Part shown: positions 35,882 through 48,144 of the stretch, piece after piece | How the letters are laid out: every line of letters starts with the position of its first letter | Position numbering within the stretch: position 1 is the first letter of the stretch | NCBI GenBank assembly: GCA_043799545.1 | Contig: JAZDNO010000025.1 | Location: 1 to 55,952, forward strand | Length of the DNA stretch: 55,952 nucleotides | From: Methanobacteriota archaeon | GTDB taxonomy: Archaea; Thermoplasmatota; Thermoplasmata; SG8-5; DAIRED01 | Direction of reading: 5' to 3' | Notes under the pieces: generated by a model | Told to the model about the DNA's origin: nothing | The model's database searches: none | The model's input: the letters and a program-made list of their open reading frames with translations, nothing else | Translations under genes and position numbers: made by a program

Positions 35882-36978
35882 TCCGCGCCGCCCCCCATCG
35901 ATTCCCGCGCCGCCGAAACTGACGGTATCAAAGCTCCTGCAAGGCCGGCTAGCAGGACGATGACCAACGGGACGAGCATGGAAAACGCGTCGGCCCTCGG
36001 AACAATCAGCGTCGTAAGGCCGCGCATCGAGGCGAGCGATATCAGGAGGTTGGCGGCGAGGTATCCGCAGGCGACGCCGACGGCGGCTCCGCAGAGTGCG
36101 AGGTATGACCCCCTTCCCACGAATATGGCCGCAATGGTGCCGGGACCTGCGCCGACCTTCTTGAGCAGCCTGATGTCGGGCTTTCGGACGCCCACTTCGA
36201 TGGACAATGTGCTGTAAACCAGCAGCGCCACGATGACCGACGTTATCGCGATGAGGCCCCACAGCGCCCCCTCGATTTGGTAGATACCCTTCTCGAAGAA
36301 GCTGATGACGGCCATTGAGTTTTGGGATGTCAGGCCCCTCGATTCCAGCACCGCTCGCGCATGCTCGTCTCCCTCGTTAAGTACGACGAAGGAGCAGTTG
36401 TCTGCTGATGCCTTGTCTAAGATTAGTATGTCTGTAAGTTCTATCAGTATCCAGTCGGACGGTAACATGGTCGTCGACGGATATATCGCATCCACGGAGA
36501 CCTGAACGGATCCAGAAATACCGTCCAATTGCAGGACAGACCCTACGAAAAGCTCCATGCCCAGTTCAGAGAACCTGTCGGAGAAGCTCTTGCCGATAAA
36601 CGCATGCCCCTGCGGCAGATTCGCGTTGGTCATTCCGAGGATGTTTGTCGGGTCGTCCAGGCTTCCCGAGTACGTCCGCATCAATCCGGCGACGCCTTCC
36701 ATGCCTATTTCGACCTCGGCAAGGGTCACCTTGGCGCACTCGAATCCTTCTCGGTCTATCGCCGACGAGTCAATCCTGCTGTCAATTAGCCTATCCCCTT
36801 TGTATATAATAATGGGTCCCTGCTGGAACGAGTTGGATATGCCTCTGGTCGTTTCGTGCAGTCCGCCGACCAGGGATATCGTTCCGGTCAGGTACATCGC
36901 GCAAAGAGCCAATCCGACGATGGTCCAGGTCGCCCGCCGACTCCTCCTCGCCAACATCCTGAACCATAGGTTTCCCAT
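35878..36978 (-). CDS. FtsX/MacB-type ABC transporter permease
   Basis: N-terminal TM, VRKPDIRLLKKVGAG, three C-terminal TM helices. Confidence 0.8.
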   Translation of the reverse strand: MGNLWFRMLARRSRRATWTIVGLALCAMYLTGTISLVGGLHETTRGISNSFQQGPIIIYKGDRLIDSRIDSSAIDREGFECAKVTLAEVEIGMEGVAGLMRTYSGSLDDPTNILGMTNANLPQGHAFIGKSFSDRFSELGMELFVGSVLQLDGISGSVQVSVDAIYPSTTMLPSDWILIELTDILILDKASADNCSFVVLNEGDEHARAVLESRGLTSQNSMAVISFFEKGIYQIEGALWGLIAITSVIVALLVYSTLSIEVGVRKPDIRLLKKVGAGPGTIAAIFVGRGSYLALCGAAVGVACGYLAANLLISLASMRGLTTLIVPRADAFSMLVPLVIVLLAGLAGALIPSVSAARESMGGGAE

Positions 36979-37043
36979 TTTGCGGACCCTCTCCCGAACT
37001 CACAACCTTTTTATCGACGAACCAGATTACCACTTGATATCAA

Positions 37044-37742
37044 ATGGAGGATAAATCCCTATCGGTGGGCAAGAGCGATTCGCCATCTGTCAGAGTCGAG
37101 GGCGTTTGGAAGACGTATGATGGTGCGCATTACATCCTACGAGACGTCAGCCTCTCGGTTCCGGCTGGGGAGTTCGTGCTCATAACCGGGCGCTCAGGCA
37201 GCGGCAAGACGACGCTCCTCAACTTACTGGGCTGCATGGATGTTCCGAGCAAGGGGCGCATATGCCTCAACGGATACGACACGGGCAAGCTTACTCAGAG
37301 GGAGCTTGCGAGGGCGCGGCTGCGCAAGATTGGGATGGTCTTCCAGACGCACAACCTCATCAGCGACCTGACTGTGCTGGAGAACGTCATGCTGCCGCTC
37401 AAGATTGCCGGCGGCAAGGACGCGAGGGAGAGGGCCTGCGCACTGCTCAGAACGTTCGACCTCGACATCTACATGGACCGCTTCCCTTCGGAGATAAGCG
37501 GCGGGGAGCGCCAGAGAGTCGCCGTGGCGAGGGCGCTGGCGAACACCCCCATGATTCTGCTGGCGGACGAACCGACCGCGTCGCTCGACTTGGACAACTG
37601 CACGACTGTGATAGAGGCGTTCAAGAAAGCCAACAGGGAATTCGGCACGACCGTGGTGATAGCCTCGCACGACCCTGTCATGGAAGACCATGTGGAGTCG
37701 ATATACAGCCTGAAGAAAGGGGATTTGAAGGAGGAGCGCTGA
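37044..37742 (+). CDS. LolD/MacB-type ABC transporter ATP-binding protein
   Basis: GRSGSGKT, ISGGERQRVAVARALA, LADEPT, ASHD. Confidence 0.92.
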   Translation: MEDKSLSVGKSDSPSVRVEGVWKTYDGAHYILRDVSLSVPAGEFVLITGRSGSGKTTLLNLLGCMDVPSKGRICLNGYDTGKLTQRELARARLRKIGMVFQTHNLISDLTVLENVMLPLKIAGGKDARERACALLRTFDLDIYMDRFPSEISGGERQRVAVARALANTPMILLADEPTASLDLDNCTTVIEAFKKANREFGTTVVIASHDPVMEDHVESIYSLKKGDLKEER

Positions 37743-38695
37743 TGCCCACGGATTGGGACGATTTCGTCGATGGGGCGAAGTACCCCAACGACCTTCCGCT
37801 TGTAATCGCCAGCGCTATTATTTCAGCCGTTGGGATATTCCTCCTGGAAGAAGGCGACCCGCTAAGGGCGCTTTTAGGCATTCCAATCCTTTTCTTCCTT
37901 CCGGGATACGCCTTGACTGCCGCGCTGTGGCCGGCAAAGCACGAGGTCTTTCACGAGCCGGTGGCGGGCAAGCCAAAATTCCTCGAGGGCGGGTTGGCCA
38001 CGACGGAGCGGTTGGTGCTCAGCGTCACGTTGAGCATCGTGATGGTCGTAATAATCGGGCTGGCTCTGAACTACCTTTCAAGCATCACATTGCTGCCGAT
38101 AATGGTCACGCTTACCGGGTTCACCGTTGCCTGCTGCGCGGTCGCCTGGAATCTGAGGAAGTCGCTTCCTCGGGAAAAGCGCTTCATCGTTTCGATGCGC
38201 ATGGGGCCCGGGCCCGCCGGTTCCAGCTATCCGGGGGCGGAGAAGGCGATAACCGTGGTTCTGGCAGCGTGCATTGTCTTTTCCATGGGCGGAGTTTTTT
38301 GGCTGCTGGCAAATCCCGCTGAGGCCGGCCCATACACCGAGTTCTATATGCTCGATGAAGACGGAATGCTGGATAATCTGCCGAAGAACCTGACGGTCGG
38401 AGAGATCGGCACACTCGTCGTCAGCGTGGCGAACCACGAGCACGACGTGGTCGATTACACGGTCACAGCCAGTTCTGGAAATGGCACTACACTGGTGTAT
38501 ACCGAGGTCCCGTCCATACGCATCACGGACTCAGGGAGATGGGCGACCAATGCCACAGTGCGAAACGGAGACGTGTTCGAGCAGGAGTACACAATCCAAT
38601 TTTCTGCTCCAGGCCGGTATCGGGTCGTGTGGCGGCTCGAGGCCGGCGGGCAGGAAACCGATTACGAATTGCATTTGTGGGTGAACGTGGCGTAA
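37742..38695 (+). CDS. DUF1616-family membrane protein, 317 aa
   Basis: ATG overlaps the upstream TGA; LFFLPGYALTAALWP, ERLVLSVTLSI, YTEFYML, VANHE, ELHLWVNV. Confidence 0.8.
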   Translation: MPTDWDDFVDGAKYPNDLPLVIASAIISAVGIFLLEEGDPLRALLGIPILFFLPGYALTAALWPAKHEVFHEPVAGKPKFLEGGLATTERLVLSVTLSIVMVVIIGLALNYLSSITLLPIMVTLTGFTVACCAVAWNLRKSLPREKRFIVSMRMGPGPAGSSYPGAEKAITVVLAACIVFSMGGVFWLLANPAEAGPYTEFYMLDEDGMLDNLPKNLTVGEIGTLVVSVANHEHDVVDYTVTASSGNGTTLVYTEVPSIRITDSGRWATNATVRNGDVFEQEYTIQFSAPGRYRVVWRLEAGGQETDYELHLWVNVA

Positions 38696-38812
38696 GAATA
38701 ACTGTAAAAACCATTCTCTGACCCGCGGCCCAAGGCAAACAGACACCGCCGTTCAAAACACCATATATTTATATATAAAATGCACTCTGCTCGGAAATCA
38801 GGCAGTGAGCAC

Positions 38813-41348
<2,536 letters not shown>

Positions 41349-41420
41349 TTATTTCAGGGGCAATATTCGAGGCGCATTGGAACGTACCAAATCTTTTATA
41401 AGGGGGACCTTATTGCGAAC

Positions 41421-42596
41421 TTGATGGACGTCGTTGTGGCATTTGGGACGAAACCCTGCACAATAAAAATGGCTCCCCTGGTAAAGGAGCTAGAAAAGCG
41501 GGGGCATGAGGTCACGATTCTTTACACGGGCCAGCACTGGAGCCCGAACATGTATTCGGAGCTCTTCGACGACCTCGAGCTGAGGCACCCGGATTACGAC
41601 CTAAAGTGCGGCGAAGATTCGAGAAGCCTGCCGCAGCTCACATCGCTGATAATTTCCCGCTCCGAAAAAGTGCTGAAGAAGGTGAAGCCCGACATCGTCC
41701 TGACGCACGGCGACACGACGACCTCCCTCGCGGTCTCGCAGACGGCATACATGAGCCTGTTTCCCGTGGGGCACATCGAGGCGGGACTACGCACCTTTTC
41801 CAGGGAGCCTTTCCCAGAGCAGCTGAACACCAGGGTCACAGATGCATCTTCCGACTACTTTTTCGCGCCGACGGAGATGAACGCGCGGTTCCTGCTCAAC
41901 GAGGGTTTCCCGAAGGATAGGATCGTGGTCGTCGGCAACACGGTCGTGGATGTTGCGAAATGGGCGGCGAAGAGGAAGCCCGACATACTGAAGAAATACG
42001 GCCTGGAGAAACCGCTGGTGTACCTCTCCGTTCACAGGAGGGAGACGACGATGGACAGGAAGCGGTTCTCGGGTCCGTTCGATGCCGCCAGGGAGTTCGA
42101 CGATGTGAACTTCTTCGTCTCGATGCGCCCGGGGACGAAGAAGGCGCTCGTCAATTTCGGCATGCTGAATCAGCTTAAAAAGACAAGCCACATCGCCACC
42201 AGCGACTCGCTGTCGTCGTACGTTGAGACGATTTCTATGATAAACCAGTGCGAAGCCATCCTGACTGATTCCGGCTCGATGCAGGAGGAAGCCGCCGCGC
42301 TGCACATACCGTGCCTCACGTTGAGATACGTGACTGACAGGCCGGAAACCGTGGACTCCGGGGCGAACTTGTTGGTCGGGCTGAAAAAAGGCGAGGTGCT
42401 GGACGGCCTGAGGCGCGTTTTGCGCGACGGGGCGCTAGCGAAAAAGATGCGCTCGGCGAAATCTCCATATGGCGACGGGGACTCCTCAATGAGGATAGTT
42501 CGATTCCTCGAAAAGGCTCACGAGGGCGGCAATTTGATACGGTTCGAGAAGGCGGTGCGCTCTAGCAATAAATCGCGTTCGACCACTCGGATTTAG
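41421..42596 (+). CDS. wecB: UDP-GlcNAc 2-epimerase (non-hydrolysing)-like, divergent motif
   Basis: HGDTTT, HIEAGLRT, GNTVVD, HRRE, TDSGSMQEEA, RPE, YGDG; N-terminal motif reads GTKPC instead of GTRPE. Confidence 0.8.
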   Translation: MMDVVVAFGTKPCTIKMAPLVKELEKRGHEVTILYTGQHWSPNMYSELFDDLELRHPDYDLKCGEDSRSLPQLTSLIISRSEKVLKKVKPDIVLTHGDTTTSLAVSQTAYMSLFPVGHIEAGLRTFSREPFPEQLNTRVTDASSDYFFAPTEMNARFLLNEGFPKDRIVVVGNTVVDVAKWAAKRKPDILKKYGLEKPLVYLSVHRRETTMDRKRFSGPFDAAREFDDVNFFVSMRPGTKKALVNFGMLNQLKKTSHIATSDSLSSYVETISMINQCEAILTDSGSMQEEAAALHIPCLTLRYVTDRPETVDSGANLLVGLKKGEVLDGLRRVLRDGALAKKMRSAKSPYGDGDSSMRIVRFLEKAHEGGNLIRFEKAVRSSNKSRSTTRI

Positions 42597-42657
42597 AGAT
42601 GGTGGGTGCTTAAGAAATAGCAAATGATATATAGTGGAAGACCTTAATTGTTTTTAG

Positions 42658-43503
42658 ATGACCGAGATAGTCACAAAATACGTGCCAGACAACTCGCTGA
42701 AGAAAGGATATTTTGGTGTTTTCAGGGAGATGGCAGAAGAGGTCAGGGTGGCGAAATGGCTGACCTGGCAGCTGTTCATCAGGGATTTCAAGGGATTTTA
42801 CAAGCAGTCAGTCATCGGGGTGCTGTGGATGCTCATCGTCCCCCTCACGACGCTCGCGACGTTCGTTCTCCTGAACAACGCAGGCCTGTTCATCGTAGGA
42901 GAGATGGCGGTGCCCTACGCCGTCTTCGCCCTGCTGGGCATAGCATCGTGGCAGCTGTTCGCCAGCGGCATCCAGTCCACGACCAACTCTCTGACCTCCG
43001 CAGGGGCCATGATAACGAAGATTAAGTTCCCGAGGGAGGCGCTGGTCGTCTCTGCGATGGGGCAGGCGCTGGTCGCGTTTCTCATCCAGGTCGTGCTGGT
43101 CGTGATTCTGATGGTCTATTACGGGGTTGTTCCGGCATGGACAGTCGTGCTGTTCCCCGTCACGATGATACCGATAGTCCTCATCACGCTGGGGCTGGGT
43201 TTCATCCTGTCTGTTGTAAACGGCGTGGCCAGGGACATCGGGCGCAGCATAGGCATTATCACGACCTTCATGATGTTCATCACGCCGATATTATATCTGA
43301 CGCCGACGACTGGCATCCTTGGCATAATCACGAAATACAACCCACTCTTCTATTTGACAACTCTGCCACGGGATCTGGTGCTCACGGGCGAGGTGCTTCA
43401 TCCCCTGGGGTACACCGTCTCGGTGCTGATTTCGGTTGCGACCTTCTTCTCATGCTGGGTGGTGTTCCATTTGACGGAAACGCGCGTCGCGGAGAGGATA
43501 TAA
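42658..43503 (+). CDS. wzm: ABC-2 polysaccharide/polyol-phosphate export permease
   Basis: RDFKGFYKQSVIGVLWML, KFPRE, RDIG, FITPILY, NPL. Confidence 0.9.
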   Translation: MTEIVTKYVPDNSLKKGYFGVFREMAEEVRVAKWLTWQLFIRDFKGFYKQSVIGVLWMLIVPLTTLATFVLLNNAGLFIVGEMAVPYAVFALLGIASWQLFASGIQSTTNSLTSAGAMITKIKFPREALVVSAMGQALVAFLIQVVLVVILMVYYGVVPAWTVVLFPVTMIPIVLITLGLGFILSVVNGVARDIGRSIGIITTFMMFITPILYLTPTTGILGIITKYNPLFYLTTLPRDLVLTGEVLHPLGYTVSVLISVATFFSCWVVFHLTETRVAERI

Positions 43504-43504
43504 A

Positions 43505-44764
43505 ATGAGCGATGATTCCGCGATACTGGTAGAGAAAATCTCCAAGAAGTTCGCCAGGACGCTGAACCAGGCGATGTTCCACGGTATTTCGGACATAGCG
43601 CGCAACACGGTGGGCATGAGCTCGCACTCCGAGAGGCTCCGCAAGGACGAGTTCTGGGCAGTCGACGACGTCTCGTTCGAGGTGAAGAAGGGGGAGGTTC
43701 TCGGGCTGATTGGTCCGAACGGCTCGGGCAAGAGCACGTTGTTGAAGATGCTGAATGGCATCTACTGGCCCGACAAGGGTGAGATTACGATACGGGGGCG
43801 GGTCGGGGCGCTCATCGAGGTTGGAGCCGGATTCCACCCGATGCTCACTGGGCGGGAGAATGTGTATATCAATGCGGCAATTCTCGGGATGACCAAAAAA
43901 GAGGTCGATGCAAAGTTTGACGATATCGTCAAGTTCGCCGATATCGGGGACTTCCTGGACACACCGGTGAAGAACTACTCGAGCGGGATGTACGTCCGCC
44001 TGGGCTTCGCCGTCGCCGTCCACTGCGAACCGGACGTCCTGCTCGTGGACGAGGTCTTGGCCGTCGGCGACCTGGCTTTCGCGCTGAAGTGCCACAGGAA
44101 GATGAGCGAGTTCAGGCAAAATGGCGGGACCGTGGTGCTGGTCACCCACAGCACCCAGGCGATAAGGAACATGTGCAACAAGGTACTCTGGATAGAGGGG
44201 GGCCGGGTCGTCGAATTCGGCGACGTGCACAGGATATGCGACGCATATGAGAAGAAGGTGGTCCAGAACGACGTCAGCCGCCAGGATGGTGAGGCCGGGA
44301 AGAAGCTCGTTTATGACGGCAAGATTTCGATAGAGGCGGTTGAATTCATCGATGGCAGCGGCAATGCTCGAAGCGATTTCGACGTGGGGACTCCTCTGAG
44401 AATGCGGATACACTTCAACTGCAGGCGACCGGTGGTCAAGCCCGTATTCGTCGTAAGCATCTACAATGCGGAGGACCTGGTCATCGCGTCGAATTACTCC
44501 AGTTTCGATGGCTGCAACATTGATGAGATAACCGGGCGCGGGTACATGGACTACAATATCGATTGCGTTCCGTTCAAGCCTTCGAGGTACCTTTGCTCCA
44601 TCACGCTCTCGGAGCGCGAGGTGTCCAACTCACTTATCTGGCACGAGAAGTGCCATACGTTTACCGTGTCGGCTGGCTCGACGAACTACGGAATTATCAA
44701 CCCCTTCCCGAAGTGGTCGCTGTTCAGAGATGGAAAGGACGGCCAGGAGGCAACGCGGCGATGA
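43505..44764 (+). CDS. wzt: Polysaccharide export ABC ATPase with C-terminal Wzt_C carbohydrate-binding domain
   Basis: GPNGSGKS, YSSGM, LLVDEVLAVGD, VTH; ~170-aa C-terminal beta-sandwich extension. Confidence 0.92.
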   Translation: MSDDSAILVEKISKKFARTLNQAMFHGISDIARNTVGMSSHSERLRKDEFWAVDDVSFEVKKGEVLGLIGPNGSGKSTLLKMLNGIYWPDKGEITIRGRVGALIEVGAGFHPMLTGRENVYINAAILGMTKKEVDAKFDDIVKFADIGDFLDTPVKNYSSGMYVRLGFAVAVHCEPDVLLVDEVLAVGDLAFALKCHRKMSEFRQNGGTVVLVTHSTQAIRNMCNKVLWIEGGRVVEFGDVHRICDAYEKKVVQNDVSRQDGEAGKKLVYDGKISIEAVEFIDGSGNARSDFDVGTPLRMRIHFNCRRPVVKPVFVVSIYNAEDLVIASNYSSFDGCNIDEITGRGYMDYNIDCVPFKPSRYLCSITLSEREVSNSLIWHEKCHTFTVSAGSTNYGIINPFPKWSLFRDGKDGQEATRR

Positions 44765-45459
44765 AATTGAATCTCGGTTGCGGGCACGAGTACATGGAGG
44801 GGTGGGTCAACGTGGATGCCCCGAAGGACGAGCTGTGCTACGACGACCTGAAGGCCGACCTGCACGCAAGGATAGAGGACCTGGCATACCCGGATGGCGC
44901 GATCGAGGAAATCAACCTCAAGGCGGTCTTCGAGCATTTCCCGAGGCACGTGGCGATAATGCAGCTCCGCAAGTTTTACAAGTGGCTGAGCCACGACGGG
45001 GGCAAACTGACGATACTCGTCCCGGACTTCTGGGGAACGGTGGAGATGATGAGGAAGTCCGGCAGCCCGCAGGAGCGCCAGTTCTGGTACCGCCACCTGT
45101 TCGGGCCCCAGGACACAATCCAGTACGGGACGCACTACGACTCGTTCGACTTGGAGAAGCTCGACCAGATTTTCTCAATCGTGGGCTTCGCCAAAGGCGA
45201 GCACACAATCATCAAGCGCTGGCCCAGCATCATCTACACAGGAATAAAAACTGGTCCCGTGAAAACCGACTCCGACGCCGAGCGGGACATAATTGCATAT
45301 CTGGCAAATTACGAGACGAGGGACGAGGCGGGCATCGCGTTCGCGGCCTGGATGCGGAGCATCGGGCTGGAGGCGAAGAAGCCGCAGACGCCAGTCTTCG
45401 CCACGCACGAGATGCGCGGGACGGAATCCGTCTTCGACCGTTTTAAGCGGAGGCGCTGA
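44761..45459 (+). CDS. SAM-dependent methyltransferase-like protein
   Basis: MKLNLGCG, FEHF, LVPDF; ATG overlaps the wzt stop. Confidence 0.75.
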   Translation: MKLNLGCGHEYMEGWVNVDAPKDELCYDDLKADLHARIEDLAYPDGAIEEINLKAVFEHFPRHVAIMQLRKFYKWLSHDGGKLTILVPDFWGTVEMMRKSGSPQERQFWYRHLFGPQDTIQYGTHYDSFDLEKLDQIFSIVGFAKGEHTIIKRWPSIIYTGIKTGPVKTDSDAERDIIAYLANYETRDEAGIAFAAWMRSIGLEAKKPQTPVFATHEMRGTESVFDRFKRRR

Positions 45460-45460
45460 C

Positions 45461-46171
45461 TTGACGAACGCTGGTACGAGGAACCAGCTGGACCGCGAGC
45501 TGTGGCTGGAGAAGACGCTCAAGGGCCTGCCCCAAGGGTTGCGAATCCTGGACGCAGGAGCGGGCGAACAGAAGTACAAGCAGTTCTGCGGGCATCTGAA
45601 ATATGTCTCGCAGGACTTCGCACAGTACGATGGAAAGGGTGACGGTTCCGGGCTCCAGACCGGCAAGTGGGACCATGGCAACCTGGACATCGTCTGCGAC
45701 ATCGCTTCGATACCCGAGGCGGACGGGTCGTTCGACGCAATCATGTGCGTCGAGGTCCTCGAGCACCTTCCGGACCCGTTGCTGGCGCTGAAGGAATTCT
45801 CCCGATTGCTGCGAAAGGGGGGGTGGCTGATACTGACGGCGCCGTTCTGCAGCCTCACTCACTTCGCTCCTTACCATTTCTCGACTGGCTTCAACAGGTA
45901 CTATTACGAGCACCACCTGGCCAGGCTCGGGTTCGACATCACGGAGATTGGCGCGAACGGTAACTACTTCGAGTACTTGGCGCAGGAGCTGCATAGAACG
46001 CCTAGCCTGATGACGAAGTACGCCGGCGGAGCTGCGCAGACGAGGATGGAGCGATGGGCGATGCGGAAGGTCGTCGAGATGGTCGGGCGCGCCTCCGAAT
46101 GCGACTCGGGGTCGCAAGAGGTGCTGTGCTACGGCTACCACGTGCTGGCGGTAAAGCGAGGTAGCGAATGA
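45461..46171 (+). CDS. SAM-dependent methyltransferase (type 11)
   Basis: TTG start after GGAGG; ILDAGAG, FDAIMCVEVLEHLPDP, LILTAPF. Confidence 0.85.
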   Translation: MTNAGTRNQLDRELWLEKTLKGLPQGLRILDAGAGEQKYKQFCGHLKYVSQDFAQYDGKGDGSGLQTGKWDHGNLDIVCDIASIPEADGSFDAIMCVEVLEHLPDPLLALKEFSRLLRKGGWLILTAPFCSLTHFAPYHFSTGFNRYYYEHHLARLGFDITEIGANGNYFEYLAQELHRTPSLMTKYAGGAAQTRMERWAMRKVVEMVGRASECDSGSQEVLCYGYHVLAVKRGSE

Positions 46172-47025
46172 TAATCGCCAGGCTGCGCGGCGGGCTGGGA
46201 AACCAGATGTTCCAGTACGCGCTCGGCAGGCATTTGGCATTAAAGAACGGCGCGCCCCTACTTCTGGACCTCACCGAGCTGGAGAGCACGAAGCTGCGTA
46301 AGTACGAGCTGGGGTTTTTCAATATCGCCGCCAAGACAATCTCCGACTACCAAATCGGCCATTTCGCCAGGTGGGGGCGGAACCTCAGACTAGGACTTGA
46401 CAGTAAGAGATGGGCGGAGACGAAGGAGCAGAGCAAGTTTTTCGACCCGAGGGTCCTCGAGCTGCGCGGGGACGTGTATCTGGACGGATATTGGCAGTCC
46501 GAGAAATATTTCAATGGCATCAGGGACACCATCCGGGAGGATTTCACGTTCAAGACCGAGCCAGACCCATCAAACGAAAAGATGCTGGAGCAAATCAGGC
46601 GCTCGAATTCCGTGTGCCTGCACGTGCGCAGAGGCGATTACGTGGCCGACCAGATAACGAACCGGTTCCACGGCACGTGCGGGTTGGATTATTACCGCGA
46701 GGCAGCGAACTCGATTAAAGCCCGAGTGCCGGACGCGCAATTTTTCGTGTTCTCCGACGACCTGGATTGGGCGTCGGCCAACATGAACCTCGACGGGCGC
46801 TCGACCATCGTCGGCGTGAACGGCACCGACAAGGGGGTCGATGACATGAGGCTGATGTCCAACTGCAAGCATTTCATAATCGCCAACAGCTCGTTCAGCT
46901 GGTGGGGGGCGTGGCTGTCGAAGAATCCTGGCAAGATAGTGTGCGCCCCGAAAAGGTGGTTCCGGGAAGCCGACGAGGGCGACATAATCCCCGAGTCATG
47001 GGTCCGGATAGAGGGCGATGCCTGA
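46168..47025 (+). CDS. Alpha-1,2-fucosyltransferase (GT11)
   Basis: GGLGNQMFQYA, GYWQSEKYF, HVRRGDY, FSDD, NSSFSWWGAWL. Confidence 0.92.
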   Translation: MIIARLRGGLGNQMFQYALGRHLALKNGAPLLLDLTELESTKLRKYELGFFNIAAKTISDYQIGHFARWGRNLRLGLDSKRWAETKEQSKFFDPRVLELRGDVYLDGYWQSEKYFNGIRDTIREDFTFKTEPDPSNEKMLEQIRRSNSVCLHVRRGDYVADQITNRFHGTCGLDYYREAANSIKARVPDAQFFVFSDDLDWASANMNLDGRSTIVGVNGTDKGVDDMRLMSNCKHFIIANSSFSWWGAWLSKNPGKIVCAPKRWFREADEGDIIPESWVRIEGDA

Positions 47026-48053
47026 TGGACGGCTGCAAGAATCAGGCAGTGGAGGACAAAGCTTCCAAGCCCGTAACAATTCTGAATCCAACCATGCAGA
47101 ACGCCGCCCCAAAAGTCAGCGTGGTCATGCCGGTGTACAACGGCGAACGGTATTTGCGGCAAGCCACGGACAGCATACTGGCGCAGACGTTCGGCGACTT
47201 CGAATTCATCATCGTCAGCGAGCACGGGACCAACGCGGAGAGCCTCGCAATCATCCAGAGCTACTCAGATCCGAGGATACGGCACATACATAACACGGAG
47301 AGGCTGGGCTTGGTGGAATCTCTCAACCTCGGGATACGCGAGGCGAAGGGGGAGCTCATCGCGCGTATGGACGCGGACGACGTGAGCCTGCCGGAGCGGT
47401 TCATGAGGCAGGTAGATTTCTTGCGCGGCAATGCGGACGTGGCGGTACTCGGCACTGCGGTCGAACTTGTCGATGCGGCAGGAGACAAGCTCTTGAACCT
47501 GGAGTTTCCAACGTCCGCCACATGGGCCAAATGGCAGATGTTCTTCAGATGCTCGCTGCCGCACCCGGCTGTGATGGCAAGGCGCAATGTTTTGGAGGAG
47601 CACGAGGGTTATCGTCATTCAGGTGTTGAAGACTACGATTTGTGGCTGCGCGTCGTCAGGGCCCACAACATCTGCAACCTGCCGGAAGTGCTTTTGAAAT
47701 TAAGAAAGCATGACGACAACCGCTCATTGGCGACTTCGTATGAGGACGCTCTGAAGCGGGCGCATGAGGAAGTTGCGGCTTACTTGGGCAAAGAGGTCGA
47801 TCTAACGGCGTTGCGAGCCCTGCGCGAGCCGGAGACGGCCAAGGATGCCGTTTCCCTCAAAGAGGCAGCGAAGCTGTTGTCCGAGCTGCATAGAACATTT
47901 CGGACCCGCGAAGGCGCATCGGAAGCGGACTGGAAGAACGTGGCCGTCGACATGAAATCGCGATTGGATTCCATCATCAGGGCATGCAAGCGGAAATCCA
48001 AAGGAAAGGCTTTCCAGATATGTTTGTCCACTCTGGCATTGAGGTTCAAATGA
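47025..48053 (+). CDS. Glycosyltransferase family 2
   Basis: VSVVMPVYNGE, ARMDADD, EDYDLWLR; start could be the later ATG before QNAAPK. Confidence 0.88.
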   Translation: MDGCKNQAVEDKASKPVTILNPTMQNAAPKVSVVMPVYNGERYLRQATDSILAQTFGDFEFIIVSEHGTNAESLAIIQSYSDPRIRHIHNTERLGLVESLNLGIREAKGELIARMDADDVSLPERFMRQVDFLRGNADVAVLGTAVELVDAAGDKLLNLEFPTSATWAKWQMFFRCSLPHPAVMARRNVLEEHEGYRHSGVEDYDLWLRVVRAHNICNLPEVLLKLRKHDDNRSLATSYEDALKRAHEEVAAYLGKEVDLTALRALREPETAKDAVSLKEAAKLLSELHRTFRTREGASEADWKNVAVDMKSRLDSIIRACKRKSKGKAFQICLSTLALRFK

Positions 48054-48144
48054 CTAGCAGACAAAGTCTTTTAACCAACAAAGGCTTGGCTTGCTTTGAA
48101 ATGGCGTTAGGCGCCTGTGCGTCGGATGTTTGAGGTGGGACTTA

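Noticed and set aside
48054-48144. Intergenic segment as another copy of the dispersed repeat
   Set aside because: Only a vague resemblance (caaag..., gcgtta); it lacks the 15-nt core.
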